DNA of 64,000 nucleotides, taken from contig CAXXLF010000002.1 of the NCBI GenBank assembly GCA_963664015.2, positions 1,472,001 through 1,536,000 of the forward strand, given 5' to 3'. Positions 51,108-61,074 of this stretch are shown piece by piece. Every line of letters begins with the position of its first letter. The first letter of the stretch is position 1. The DNA is from Candidatus Binatia bacterium (GTDB lineage: Bacteria > Desulfobacterota > Binatia > UBA9968 > CAXXLF01). The translations under genes were made by a program, and so were the position numbers. The notes beneath the pieces are model-generated. The model was not told where the DNA came from, did not search any database, and saw only the letters and a program-made list of their open reading frames with translations.

Positions 51108-51938
51108 CTATCGAAATGACTCTAAACTTGTTATTGCCTGGTTGCTTCGGCCGGCGCCAGCTAAGGACGAATCGCTAATTGCATAGAAACGGGCGCAGTT
51201 GTCCCACAGGATCTTCCGCTTGTCCTCTTCAGACAGCGGCAGTTGCAGGAAACTCTCCGTGGCTTGCGGATAGCGAGAATCGCCGTGGAGATAGTCGGTG
51301 GAGTACACGAGGTTATCGTTACCGAGGAAGTCGATGGTGTAGCGTGCCGGAGTTTCGTCCGGCTCCACCGAGGCGACACACTGGCGCTTGAAGTACTCGC
51401 TGGGTACCATGGTAAGCTCAGGCATGTCGAGGTCGCCCTCTAACTCGTAGGCTTCATCCAAGCGCCACAACAGCCACGGCAGCCAGGAGCAGTTGGCCTC
51501 CAAAAAGGCAACCTTGAGGGTCGGGTGCCGCTCGAGGACACCGCCGCAGAGGAAGCTGCCCACACCGAACATCTGGCCGATGGGCTGGCCGTAAGCCCGC
51601 TGGATACCAGAGAGCTGGCCGAACCAGGGTTTGCATAGTTGGGGGATGCTCGACCCAGAAGCCTGATGAAAGCCGAGCGGGATTTGCAAACGTTCTAGGG
51701 TATTCCAGAGGGGCTCGTAATAGGAATCGTGCCAGGCTTTGCCGTTGATGACATTGGAGCGCAGGAAGACCGCCTTGAAACCCAAGTCTTTTACCACCCG
51801 GTGCGTCTCCTCGACAGCGTCGTTGATGTCGTACACTGAGATCATGCCGGCGCCCAGCATGCGGTGCGGATCGGCCTGACAGAGCTCGTACAGCCATTCG
51901 TTGTAGGCTCGCGCGATAGCAGGGGCAAAGGTTGTCAA
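51108..51938 (-). pseudogene. Amidohydrolase family 2 protein lacking its N-terminus
   Basis: Starts at AIARAYNEW; has FLEANCSW and STDYLH but no N-terminal DxDxH motif or RBS. Confidence 0.78.
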
Positions 51939-52055
51939 CCGTCATAAACCCCAATGGCTTTGCCCTACTGTCCCATTGTTGACAAGACCACGGGTGCAGG
52001 GATATGACTCACGGGTCAGGGCATCATCGATCAGCTTACAAAGAGGTAAACCAAT

Positions 52056-52886
52056 ATGGCGACAAGTATAGTTCTGGATTCGCGCGCGTCAGGAGCAAGA
52101 CGTTTTGTTGACAAAATCGCGGTCGTGGCCGGTGCAGGTCAAGGAATAGGAAGGGCAACGGCTCGGCGCCTTGCACAGGAGGGGGCAACGGTAGTGGTTG
52201 CTGATATCGTAGAGGCGACGGCTGAAAAAGTTCACAAGGAGCTTCAGGAGTTCGGTGCTTCTTCCGTCAGCTTCGTGGGTGATCTCTCCAAGCGGGAGAC
52301 CGCCCTGGCCCTGATGGCACATGCCAAGGTGACCTACGGGCGTATCGACGTCCTCGTGAACATTGTGGGAGGCACCATATGGGCACAGCCATTCCATCAC
52401 TACAATCCAGATCAGATTGAAGCCGAAGTTAACAAGTCATTCTGGGCACCCATATGGCTGAACTGGGCCGTGCTGCCGTATATGATCGAGCAGAAATCGG
52501 GTTCGATCGTTAACATGGGTTCCCATGCTGTCGTGAGTACCGATCGGGTCCCCTACGCGGCTTCCAAAGGTGGAGTGATTGCTCTGACCACGTCTCTGTC
52601 GAAGGAGGTCGCCCAATATGGCATTCGCGTCAATTGCGTCGCACCTCACGCTACCGTCGCCCAAGACCGGGTAACACCCAGAAACCCAAACCAAGCACTA
52701 AGCCCCGAGCAAAAGGCCGCGAAGGAAAAGGAACTAAACGAACGGCGGTGGCGTGAGATTCCAATGCACAGGACCGGCATACCGGAAGAACAGGCGGCGG
52801 CCATTGCATTCCTCAGTTCGGAAGACGCTTCATTCATCACCGGTCAGGTTCTGCCTGTCGGGGGGGGAGCCACTTTCCCCTTTTGA
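52056..52886 (+). CDS. benD: SDR, cis-diol dehydrogenase BenD/XylL-like
   Basis: GAGQGIG, VGGTIWAQPFHHY..QIEAEV, RVPYAASKGGV, LPVGGG; strongly BenD-like, substrate unverified. Confidence 0.75.
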   Translation: MATSIVLDSRASGARRFVDKIAVVAGAGQGIGRATARRLAQEGATVVVADIVEATAEKVHKELQEFGASSVSFVGDLSKRETALALMAHAKVTYGRIDVLVNIVGGTIWAQPFHHYNPDQIEAEVNKSFWAPIWLNWAVLPYMIEQKSGSIVNMGSHAVVSTDRVPYAASKGGVIALTTSLSKEVAQYGIRVNCVAPHATVAQDRVTPRNPNQALSPEQKAAKEKELNERRWREIPMHRTGIPEEQAAAIAFLSSEDASFITGQVLPVGGGATFPF

Positions 52887-52968
52887 CCGGACCTCCGGGT
52901 TTTTACCGCCTACGTACGAGTTCATGTGGAATGTAAAGGGAACCCACGGGCGTAAGCCAGTGGAGACT

Positions 52969-54306
52969 TCATTTGACTCCAAGCGACTGGTCTGCCTGGC
53001 GGACAAGCTTTTTCGCCGTAGTCTCCGGTGCGAGCTCCACGGTCTGCTGCATACCCCGGCCGTGCTCGATGATCAGCCTTCGGAACTCAACCATGAAAGA
53101 GTCCGTGGAAGATAGGAACTCGGGGTGTTGGTACTGAACGGAGCGCATGGCATCGTAGTCCTGGTCCGAAAAATTGAAGTGGATCTCCCAGTTGTGCAAT
53201 GGCCAGAGAATTCGCTCACGGATCTTGGCCCAAACGCTTGAAGGACGAGAAGAGCGTAGGTAGACAACTCGGGTGAGGTTCTCATCCACGGGGATGCACC
53301 AGCGGGTGTACATATGATTCCAATGATTATTCCGCACCATGGCGGGCAGTCGTTGCCCTTCCCATTCCTGCGGGGCCTCAAAACGTGGCTCGCGCTTTCT
53401 CATACGCTTGGCTAGGAACTCAAAATACCAGCTCCACAACAGGCGCCAGCGGCTCCGCGGCCAATAGGCACCGACTCGAGGGTAGTATAGCTGGAAGGGC
53501 ATCTTACCGTCCTTGGCATAATAATTTTCCGTGCCCCAGATCATCTGTGCGACTTTATTATTTATGATCTTGGCACGATACCCAATGGGAGTCCTCGGTC
53601 TGCCGCCCGTACTTCGTTTCGAAACGCGAAATGAATTCCGGTGGACGAAAAAACAGTTATGGGCATCGTGGGTATTTTCCACCGCGATTATCCAGTTAAC
53701 CTGCCAGTATCGCCACGCCCTCTGCACCAATGTATTCGCCTCGAAGAATTCGGGCGGCACATCTTCCTCAATGGGTACGGGTTTTTCTTCCCCCATCCAG
53801 ACGAATACGATGCCTTTTAGGGTCTGGGTTGGGTACTTGCGCACCTTGAGACGGCCAACCATCCTGGAGTCCGGCCCTTCAGTGATAAACTCAACACACC
53901 TGCCATTCCCATCGAAAGTAGCACCGTGATAAGGGCAGCTTAGGTAGCCCTTCCAGAAGCATTTTCCCCAGGAAAGATTTACGCCACGATGAGGACAGGT
54001 GTCCCAGAGTGCCTGCACCTCCCCGTTGGTGTCTTTAAAAAAAGCCAGGTCGGTCCCAAGCAAACGAAGGGCTACTGGTTTTTTCCAACCCAAGCCCTTG
54101 GCCGGTAAGGCCGGATACCAATATTCCCGAAGTCCTAACGGTGGGATAAAACTACGCACATCATCCCGGGAGGTTGGTTGGACAAAGGGCGGGGTTCGTC
54201 CCCAACGCATTCCGTCCGTGCCTCGAGCGTACTTCTTCCAGCCACCCGGATAGCCCGCCCGAATTTTACCAAGTCCCCTAATGACTTCTCGCAGAACTTC
54301 TTTCAT
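52969..54306 (-). CDS. Rieske oxygenase alpha subunit (CarAa/OxoO-like)
   Basis: LGLREYWYPAL, CPHRG..CPYHGATF, ENTHDAHN..FVH, FSDQD. Confidence 0.88.
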   Translation of the reverse strand: MKEVLREVIRGLGKIRAGYPGGWKKYARGTDGMRWGRTPPFVQPTSRDDVRSFIPPLGLREYWYPALPAKGLGWKKPVALRLLGTDLAFFKDTNGEVQALWDTCPHRGVNLSWGKCFWKGYLSCPYHGATFDGNGRCVEFITEGPDSRMVGRLKVRKYPTQTLKGIVFVWMGEEKPVPIEEDVPPEFFEANTLVQRAWRYWQVNWIIAVENTHDAHNCFFVHRNSFRVSKRSTGGRPRTPIGYRAKIINNKVAQMIWGTENYYAKDGKMPFQLYYPRVGAYWPRSRWRLLWSWYFEFLAKRMRKREPRFEAPQEWEGQRLPAMVRNNHWNHMYTRWCIPVDENLTRVVYLRSSRPSSVWAKIRERILWPLHNWEIHFNFSDQDYDAMRSVQYQHPEFLSSTDSFMVEFRRLIIEHGRGMQQTVELAPETTAKKLVRQADQSLGVK

Positions 54307-54350
54307 GGTTTTCTCTCAGTTACCTTTTTTCGCCAAGGGTGCGCCCCGCT

Positions 54351-55439
54351 CTATGGTAACAATCCGCCTCCCGCCCTGGGAGGGAACAGAGCAGCACACT
54401 TGCACGAGTTCATCAGGTAGCTTTCAATAAACTGGCACCACTCGGGAGTCTGCCCTAGCTGGTGCATCGCTCCTATCATGGGGACCCAGTTGAGAAGTTC
54501 GTGTTGCCCTGCCTCGTCCATCTCTTCTCGCGGGAGATCCCGCCACGCTGCAAAATTGCCCGTTTTGAGTTCCTCAAATCTCCGGCGGTCAGACGGTACA
54601 TCGGGATATAACCAGTGGTTCTTTTCAGTAAGAAATGCGTGAGACCAACTGGAGGATCCGATAAGGGCAATACGCCAGGGGCTGGCCTTGAATGCCCGGG
54701 CGATGGCCTCACCAAGTTCGAAGCAGCGACGAGGCGAAGGCGCAGGGGGATCCAGGTCCTGTTCGTCTGGGCCATATAAGTGCCCCGTTCCACCTTTGCT
54801 GCGTATGATACTGGAGCCATAGGCGTTAACATGGAACGGGATGATTGGATAATCCCATCCCTTTCGATCATAGTCCAGATAGAGAACGGCGCGAATGAAG
54901 GCATGCCCGAGCCCTTGGGGGTAGCGGGGTCGATAGGCATAAGAAACATCAAAGTTGTTCTGGAGTAGCTCCCTCGTTAGATACTTGGCTACACGGTCCT
55001 GGCCCTTGGTTAGGATGACTTTATCAGGGGGCTCATTCCAGACGTTGGGTTGGGGTTCAGCCCGGCCGCGGCCCTTCAAGAAGGGTTGGCTTTTGAACTC
55101 CTGAGAGATGAAAACACAAAATGACGGGATCACATCCTCAAGAAAGTTCTCGTACTGGTCATCGCCGAAGATAACCACGGCATCAGGTTTGAAGTCGTCG
55201 AGCGCCGCGCGTAGCCGACGGACCCCGGAGACGAACTCTTCCCGGTGCTTCTTCGCAAAGGTGAGTCCTCCGTCCTGGCCCCACTCCGCCTGCATCGGCT
55301 CAGGCCAATTTCGTACTTCCTTCAGCTCAGCGGGAATCTTGTTGCTCTTCATGGTCTGAGCCACACGCATAGCCATATCACTATCCGGGTACATAAACCC
55401 GGGATAATGGCTCAGGCCCAGTCCTAAGATTTCAGCCAT
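54351..55439 (-). CDS. LigB/MhpB-type extradiol dioxygenase-like protein
   Basis: GLGLSHYP, FGDDQYENF, GLGHAF, SSSWSH, ELLNW; paralog of 19777. Confidence 0.85.
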   Translation of the reverse strand: MAEILGLGLSHYPGFMYPDSDMAMRVAQTMKSNKIPAELKEVRNWPEPMQAEWGQDGGLTFAKKHREEFVSGVRRLRAALDDFKPDAVVIFGDDQYENFLEDVIPSFCVFISQEFKSQPFLKGRGRAEPQPNVWNEPPDKVILTKGQDRVAKYLTRELLQNNFDVSYAYRPRYPQGLGHAFIRAVLYLDYDRKGWDYPIIPFHVNAYGSSIIRSKGGTGHLYGPDEQDLDPPAPSPRRCFELGEAIARAFKASPWRIALIGSSSWSHAFLTEKNHWLYPDVPSDRRRFEELKTGNFAAWRDLPREEMDEAGQHELLNWVPMIGAMHQLGQTPEWCQFIESYLMNSCKCAALFPPRAGGGLLP

Positions 55440-55731
55440 ATCCCCGTCGCCGCTCCTTCCGCACCCCTGACATTTGATATAATATAGGGTCTAAATGCAG
55501 ATAATCTCAAAACCTGACGAAACCTATCAATAGGATATGAGGCCTGTCCATACAGGGACAACGGACTACGGAGAGACAGAGACAGAGTAAGAGAGGGAAA
55601 AGACAGTATGCAGTAGGCAGCAAGTCAGTACTGAGTGAGGAGTGCTGAGGAGAGTTAGCACTCAGCGAGCAGCAATATCTCACTCCAGCGACTCGTGACC
55701 TATTCGCTTGATGCCCTCACCTGTTGGTCAC

Positions 55732-56865
55732 TTATTTTTTCTTTCTCTTTTCCGCATCTCTTACACCAGCGATGAACGCTTTGAGCGCAGGGCGCATGGA
55801 GATCCGTTGCCAGTTTTCAGTATTGATATACCTGACACCCTTCTGAGGCAGCCGTGAAGGCATAATTTTATCTTTCGGGATGTCGATTCGACGCGAGTTT
55901 GTGGAGCCGCCTCCTACCGATTGCAGCGCTATCTGCCCCTCGCGGGAGAGGAACCAGTTAATGAAGACCTTCGCCGCGTTAGGGTGACGCGGCCTATTAA
56001 CAATACTTATAGCGCCCCCACTTACAATCAACCCTGCCCCTTCTTTCATCAATCCAAAACCTTCTACCGGAAGCCCCTGAGTCTTGCCTGTTTGTATGCG
56101 AGTGTGGTTACAGAAAATGCAAATAGGGTATTTGCCAGTAGCAAGCCAATCGATTCCTTGCCGTTGATTCCGAAAAAGGGTGATATCCATTTCGCCGAAG
56201 AGACGCCGGATGAATTTAGGGCCCAATTCAGGAATGGCATTGAACATTCTCATGGTAACGCTGCCTGGGCCTGGGGTTCGGACATCTCGCGCGGACATTT
56301 TCCCTTTCCATTCGGGCCGGAGAAAGTCCCAGAAGGATTTAAAATCCTTAGGATTGATTTGTTTGGTGTTATAGAAAAAAGCCCCCAGATCGACGTTTCC
56401 AACCGCAGCAAAGATGTATTTTTGTTCTTTGTCTACGTAGTAGTGTTTTCCCTGAAGCCACTTTGATTTATCAGTGACCTCGGGCAAGATAAACGTATCA
56501 CTAATTGGGTCCAGGACCTTGGCTTGATGGAGTCGCCAAATACTGCTGGGACCGGTAAACGCGACATCCGCGAGGTATTTATGGACTCTTCGCTCGGTAA
56601 GGATACGGTGGAGCGGATTTCCAAGCGCGACAAGGAGTTTGATCTCTGGGAACTTTTTCTGAAAAGCCCCCGACTCTAGAAGCAGGTTGTTCTGCCTGGA
56701 TGAGGTGTAGATCGTAACCTGCCCCTCTTTTTTTGCTGCTTCCACTGTTTTCTTCCAGTCGGCCTCCCAGGAAGCCTGCGCCTTTTCGGCTCCAGTGAAA
56801 GCATACGCGGCAATGAGACAGAGCCACAACAACAATCCCGGAAATTTTCGAACAATAGTATTCAT
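55732..56865 (-). CDS. ABC extracellular solute-binding protein (copy C)
   Basis: 377-aa paralog of copies A and B with a homologous upstream region. Confidence 0.9.
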   Translation of the reverse strand: MNTIVRKFPGLLLWLCLIAAYAFTGAEKAQASWEADWKKTVEAAKKEGQVTIYTSSRQNNLLLESGAFQKKFPEIKLLVALGNPLHRILTERRVHKYLADVAFTGPSSIWRLHQAKVLDPISDTFILPEVTDKSKWLQGKHYYVDKEQKYIFAAVGNVDLGAFFYNTKQINPKDFKSFWDFLRPEWKGKMSARDVRTPGPGSVTMRMFNAIPELGPKFIRRLFGEMDITLFRNQRQGIDWLATGKYPICIFCNHTRIQTGKTQGLPVEGFGLMKEGAGLIVSGGAISIVNRPRHPNAAKVFINWFLSREGQIALQSVGGGSTNSRRIDIPKDKIMPSRLPQKGVRYINTENWQRISMRPALKAFIAGVRDAEKRKKK

Positions 56866-57097
56866 GACTTACCTCCTATTCAAGGTTGCCTTTTTTACCA
56901 CCTTATTCGAGATCAAGTCAAGGTCGCGGGTTAGGTCTTGCAACACGGGAATTTGCCAGGGGTAGCCATTCTTTATACACTGCTCGGCTTTTTAATAATC
57001 CTACCGTCTGAGGTGGACACCCCATGTTCACGAGAGGCGATGATTGTGTCATGGATGGCCTCGCACGCATCACTATGGTTGCCAGGAAGGAGCCGGA

Positions 57098-58164
57098 ATG
57101 CGCGACGGGTTTAAGATTTTTGATTCGGACACGCACCTCAGTCCAAACGCCGAAACCCTGGCCCCCTACTTTGATGCCGCCATTCGCAAGCGGCTACCCG
57201 AGTGGGAGAGCTGCAAGGTTCCCTTTCGCGTCGGCTGGGCCGGCGAGATCCTCGAACCGCCTTACCGCCACCGCTACCAGTTCAAGAAAAGGGCCGGCTG
57301 GCGTGAGCGCCTGCGTATTTTAGGGGAAGCCGGTCCCAGGGAGCCAATCGAGCATCATTTCCCAACATTCATGGGAAGCCGCTTTTTGACGCCCGGCTCG
57401 GCTGATGACGACGTCGAGGTGGAGATCGGTTTTATCCGGGCCAACCATCGCTTTTCCAACGACTTCTGCAGCAAGCACCCGCACCGCCTGAAGTCTCTCC
57501 TTGTGGTGAGCAGCAGAGGCATCGGTGCAAGAAATCAAGGCATGGTCCCGTGCGCCATGGGTCGCCGGGATCCATCCCAACTTGGCTGAAGGCGTTCCCA
57601 TCGACCATCCGGACCTGAAGCCGATCTGGGCCGCCGCCAAGGACGCTGGGCTCTGTGTGGCGCATCACAGCGTCACTACCGGCTATCCCGGGTACCCGAT
57701 CTGTGGGACAACCCGTTCATCGGCCGGACCGCCTCGCACCCGTGGGGCGCCATGAGAGCAGTGACGGCATTTTTCGGCGCTGGGATTATGGAGCGCTATC
57801 CTAATATTGGATACTGCATTCTCGAGTCCGGCTTTGCCTGGCTCCCGTTCTTGGCGGCACGCATGGATGATCAATCCGTCTACATGCCTTACGCTCTGCA
57901 AGACAATCTGGCGCGCAAGCCCAGCGAATACATGACCGGCGGACGATTCTTCGCCAGCCTCGTGATCCACGAAGGCGAGAAGATGGCCGAATGGTCAGCG
58001 ACTTCCTTGGCGATGGCGTCTTGATGTATTCGTCCGACTACCCCCATGCGGAATCCCGGTTTCCCGAGTCCACAAACAAGGTGCTGGCGTGGCAATCTCT
58101 GGGCGGCGAGGTCATGGGAAAAATGATGTGGGACAACGCGACGAGATGCTTCGGAGAGCCATAG
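57098..58164 (+). pseudogene. Amidohydrolase family 2 protein, multiply frameshifted
   Basis: IFDSDTH, RANHR, PIDHPDLKPIW, ILESGFAW, SSDYPHAES, WDNA pieces across several frames. Confidence 0.85.
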
Positions 58165-58540
58165 AGGGGAAAGTAAAAAGGTCAGACTCATTAGCAAATA
58201 TTTATCAATTGGTAGGAATTGGATCCCGAGCATTCGTTCCTTGGCAATCCGCTCCGCATTCTCATATACGCCGTGCTTACTGATGCGGGGATCTTGTCCC
58301 CTTATTCAGTGTCCGTCAAACCCGAACAACCCCAGTTGCCTGTCAAACCATAGGCTCCGAAATTAGCCTACTGGAGCAGCTATGCTTCTTGTGATATCAA
58401 TGCCTTATTGGCCACCGGGGGTTTCGCCGGGCCTTATTCTAAGCCCAAAATCACTTTTTTTAACGCCTGTGAACTTTTCGTGAGGCTCTGGTGGTTTGTA
58501 GGGGAAAGGCAAACAACTTAGCCGGAAAGGAGAAAACAAA

Positions 58541-58690
58541 ATGAAAAGTATCTACACACTAGTCAGAATGGCGGTTTTGGGAACAATCCTGATGCTCAGT
58601 GCCGGAGCTGCAACAGCTATGGAAGTCGTTGAAGACGCTGGTGAAGAGAGAATCAATGATTCGTTGTACGAGGAAATTTATCATATTTAG
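58541..58690 (+). CDS. 49-aa secreted peptide (below the ORF-track cutoff)
   Basis: AAAGGAG RBS; MKSIYTLVRMAVLGTILMLSAGAATA-MEVVEDAGEERINDSLYEEIYHI; hairpin follows. Confidence 0.7.
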   Translation: MKSIYTLVRMAVLGTILMLSAGAATAMEVVEDAGEERINDSLYEEIYHI

Positions 58691-58708
58691 TTTTTACTAA
58701 CCGGCCAA

Positions 58709-58733
58709 GGGGAGGGGCAACACCCCCCTCCCC
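58709..58733 (+). terminator. GC-rich hairpin after the small peptide gene
   Basis: GGGGAGGGG-caacacc-CCCCTCCCC; no U-tract. Confidence 0.5.
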
Positions 58734-58913
58734 GATAAGAACATAAGACCGATTGCTAATTCTCAGAGACTTAAAGTCTTTCCACTAGTTCCAGATTTCC
58801 TGTCACGTTCAATTATTCCTAAAAACGAAAGAATAAGGAGTCAAGACTGCCCTTGGCTTAATGCCGCAACGTCCCACCCCTGGCTTAGATTATACTTGGC
58901 TCAAAGCATGCCA

Positions 58914-58942
58914 TTGACACAGCCAGATTGGTGGAATATCAT
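58914..58942 (+). promoter_or_regulatory. Sigma70-type promoter
   Basis: TTGACA-N17-TATCAT upstream of 59019. Confidence 0.65.
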
Positions 58943-59018
58943 CCAGTACACTGGAAGACAACACCCTTCGACAAGTTAACAAATTCCACCAATTACGAAC
59001 GCACCAAAGGAGGAACCT

Positions 59019-60260
59019 ATGGCGTCCAAATATATGATTCCACGTATGCCGGAAGTTAAAGAGCCGACATCGGCAAAAGAGATATTGCCGGCGCTGAAGT
59101 CGGTTGTAACCCGAAAGTCCCAGCGTGGCCTTTATGAGGGGCTCGGTCTCAAGCCGGGCGAGCGAGTATTTATGATCTCGGACAGCACCATCAATCCGAT
59201 TTTACCGGAGGCATTCGAACAGGCCATCCGGGATAGCGGCGGCCACTGCGACACGGTCAATCTCGAAGGCTATCCGGTCATGGACGACCCCCTAGAGCTG
59301 GTCGATGGGCCAAACACCACAAACTGGTACCCCGATTGGGTCTGGGAGGGCGCTAAACAATCAGACATTATACTTTGCCTGGCCTTCTTCAAGTTCCCGC
59401 ATACTCCCGCCCTTCCCTTCGGGCGAGAGGCACGCAAGGCTGGCACGGCCATCAAGGCTCGGGGAGTGCAGTGGGAGCTTCCTCCGGACATGCTGCTCAA
59501 TTCCTCGCTCACCTACCCGCTCGACGTCTGGGATGCCATTGATGACAAGACGTTTGACATGATTCGGGGTGCGCGCCGGATCGAGATCACCGAAGAGGAC
59601 GGCACCAACCTTACCTTTGACCTGACTGCCGAGGACTGGGCCAAGCTGGAAATGGAAGACAAGGAAAAGAGCGGCGGACGGCCCTACACACCCGGCCACC
59701 TATTTGTTCCGTTCCCGATGGGATTGAAACTCGATGGCGAGATCGCGCTGCGGAGCCTTACCTTTGGAGGCCCCTTGCCTTTGACTCGCCTCACGGTCGA
59801 GGGGCGCAGGGTGACCAAGATCGAAGGGGGAGGCACATTCGCCGATACGCTCCGGCGTTCCTTCGAGGAGTTCAAGGATAAGACTTATCCGGGTCTGCCC
59901 GGCCCGGGATCCAATTGGATCAGCACGTTCGCCATGTGCACCAACCCCAAGTTCCGTCGCTCGCCGTCATACGAGAGCACCCGAGGTTCGGCTCGAGTCC
60001 ACTCATGGTGCCTGGGGCACCGGCGCTCCGGATTCCTGCACGCCAGTATAGGATCAGGACTATCTTCTCCAAACCACAAGGTCATCCGCCACTTCGACAT
60101 GATGTTCCCCACAGTCGTCGCCGATGGCCGTGTAGTGATCGAAGACGGCCACCTGATGGCGCTCGACGACCCCAAAGTGCAAAGTATCGCCGAGCGGTAT
60201 GGAGATCCAGCAACTCTCCTGCGAGAGGACTGGATACCGGATAGGAACACAGCGATCTAG
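59019..60260 (+). CDS. M29 aminopeptidase-fold (NicX-like) metalloprotein of unknown function
   Basis: LKPGERVFMISD, RIEITEEDGTNLTF, LTVEGRRVTKIEGG, TNPK, LHASIG, HFD, VIEDG; AAGGAGG RBS. Confidence 0.6.
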   Translation: MASKYMIPRMPEVKEPTSAKEILPALKSVVTRKSQRGLYEGLGLKPGERVFMISDSTINPILPEAFEQAIRDSGGHCDTVNLEGYPVMDDPLELVDGPNTTNWYPDWVWEGAKQSDIILCLAFFKFPHTPALPFGREARKAGTAIKARGVQWELPPDMLLNSSLTYPLDVWDAIDDKTFDMIRGARRIEITEEDGTNLTFDLTAEDWAKLEMEDKEKSGGRPYTPGHLFVPFPMGLKLDGEIALRSLTFGGPLPLTRLTVEGRRVTKIEGGGTFADTLRRSFEEFKDKTYPGLPGPGSNWISTFAMCTNPKFRRSPSYESTRGSARVHSWCLGHRRSGFLHASIGSGLSSPNHKVIRHFDMMFPTVVADGRVVIEDGHLMALDDPKVQSIAERYGDPATLLREDWIPDRNTAI

Positions 60261-60488
60261 TTCCTCTACTTTCGGGGAAATGATAAATGGAAGAGAGGTT
60301 CGTCGGAAGGCGAACCTCTCTTCCGCTATTAGGGCTCGAAAACGATATGTGAATATGGCCAGGTCTTTGGTTTCATGTTTTCGACCTGATCAAATCATCA
60401 AAGGCTAAGTAGGTATCAGCCCATTAGGATTTTGGACACCATACTTTGCTCTGGAATTTCACTGGCATCCCTTACCCCCCTCCCCCAA

Positions 60489-60517
60489 TTGACAACCCAT
60501 CCCATCGGACATAAGAT
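60489..60517 (+). promoter_or_regulatory. Orphan sigma70-type promoter
   Basis: TTGACA-N17-TAAGAT with no intact ORF downstream. Confidence 0.55.
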
Positions 60518-60967
60518 GCCCCCGATAAAGGGATAGGGGTATTGAACAGTCGAGTAAGTACCCCAGTAGAAATCAAGCACCGGGACGAGACAATAGACTG
60601 GCGGTGCCTGGATAATTGCCGCGAAGGAATGTACATGTTAGGCTTATTCCGTACTGGAGGCCGTGTTAGCATGAGAGCAGAATCAAAGTAAAAAAACAAC
60701 TTCTGCCTAGGGTCAGACGACAGCAATCTTGCATGGGTTAGAGGGTAAGGCGTAGTTAGTTATAAGCCGTCGGCTATCAGTTTTCAGCGAATTTCTAGGG
60801 CCAGCGGACAGACAGAGATAGGGACAAGAAAGAGCGAAGGGCATAGGGCAAAGCATTCAGATAAGATCTCGGACTTCTGACAACAGGACTACGAGGAAGA
60901 AAACAGCAAAAACAGCTCCCGACGTCCTTGTAGACTTTCACCATTCTCCCCCACTTCCCTCCCGTAA

Positions 60968-60996
60968 TTGACAAGCCACCTCACCGGGCATATGAT
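60968..60996 (+). promoter_or_regulatory. Sigma70-type promoter
   Basis: TTGACA-N17-TATGAT upstream of 61075. Confidence 0.7.
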
Positions 60997-61074
60997 GCCT
61001 GCCGATCAAGAGTTTAGCTAGGGGAACAGGGTCATCAAACCGGGCGGTCGTACGCCCGATGGAGGTTAAACCAC

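Noticed and set aside
46815-56865. Diversity-generating retroelement acting on the SBP copies
   Set aside because: No reverse transcriptase is present; the differences are block-wise and not visibly adenine-specific.
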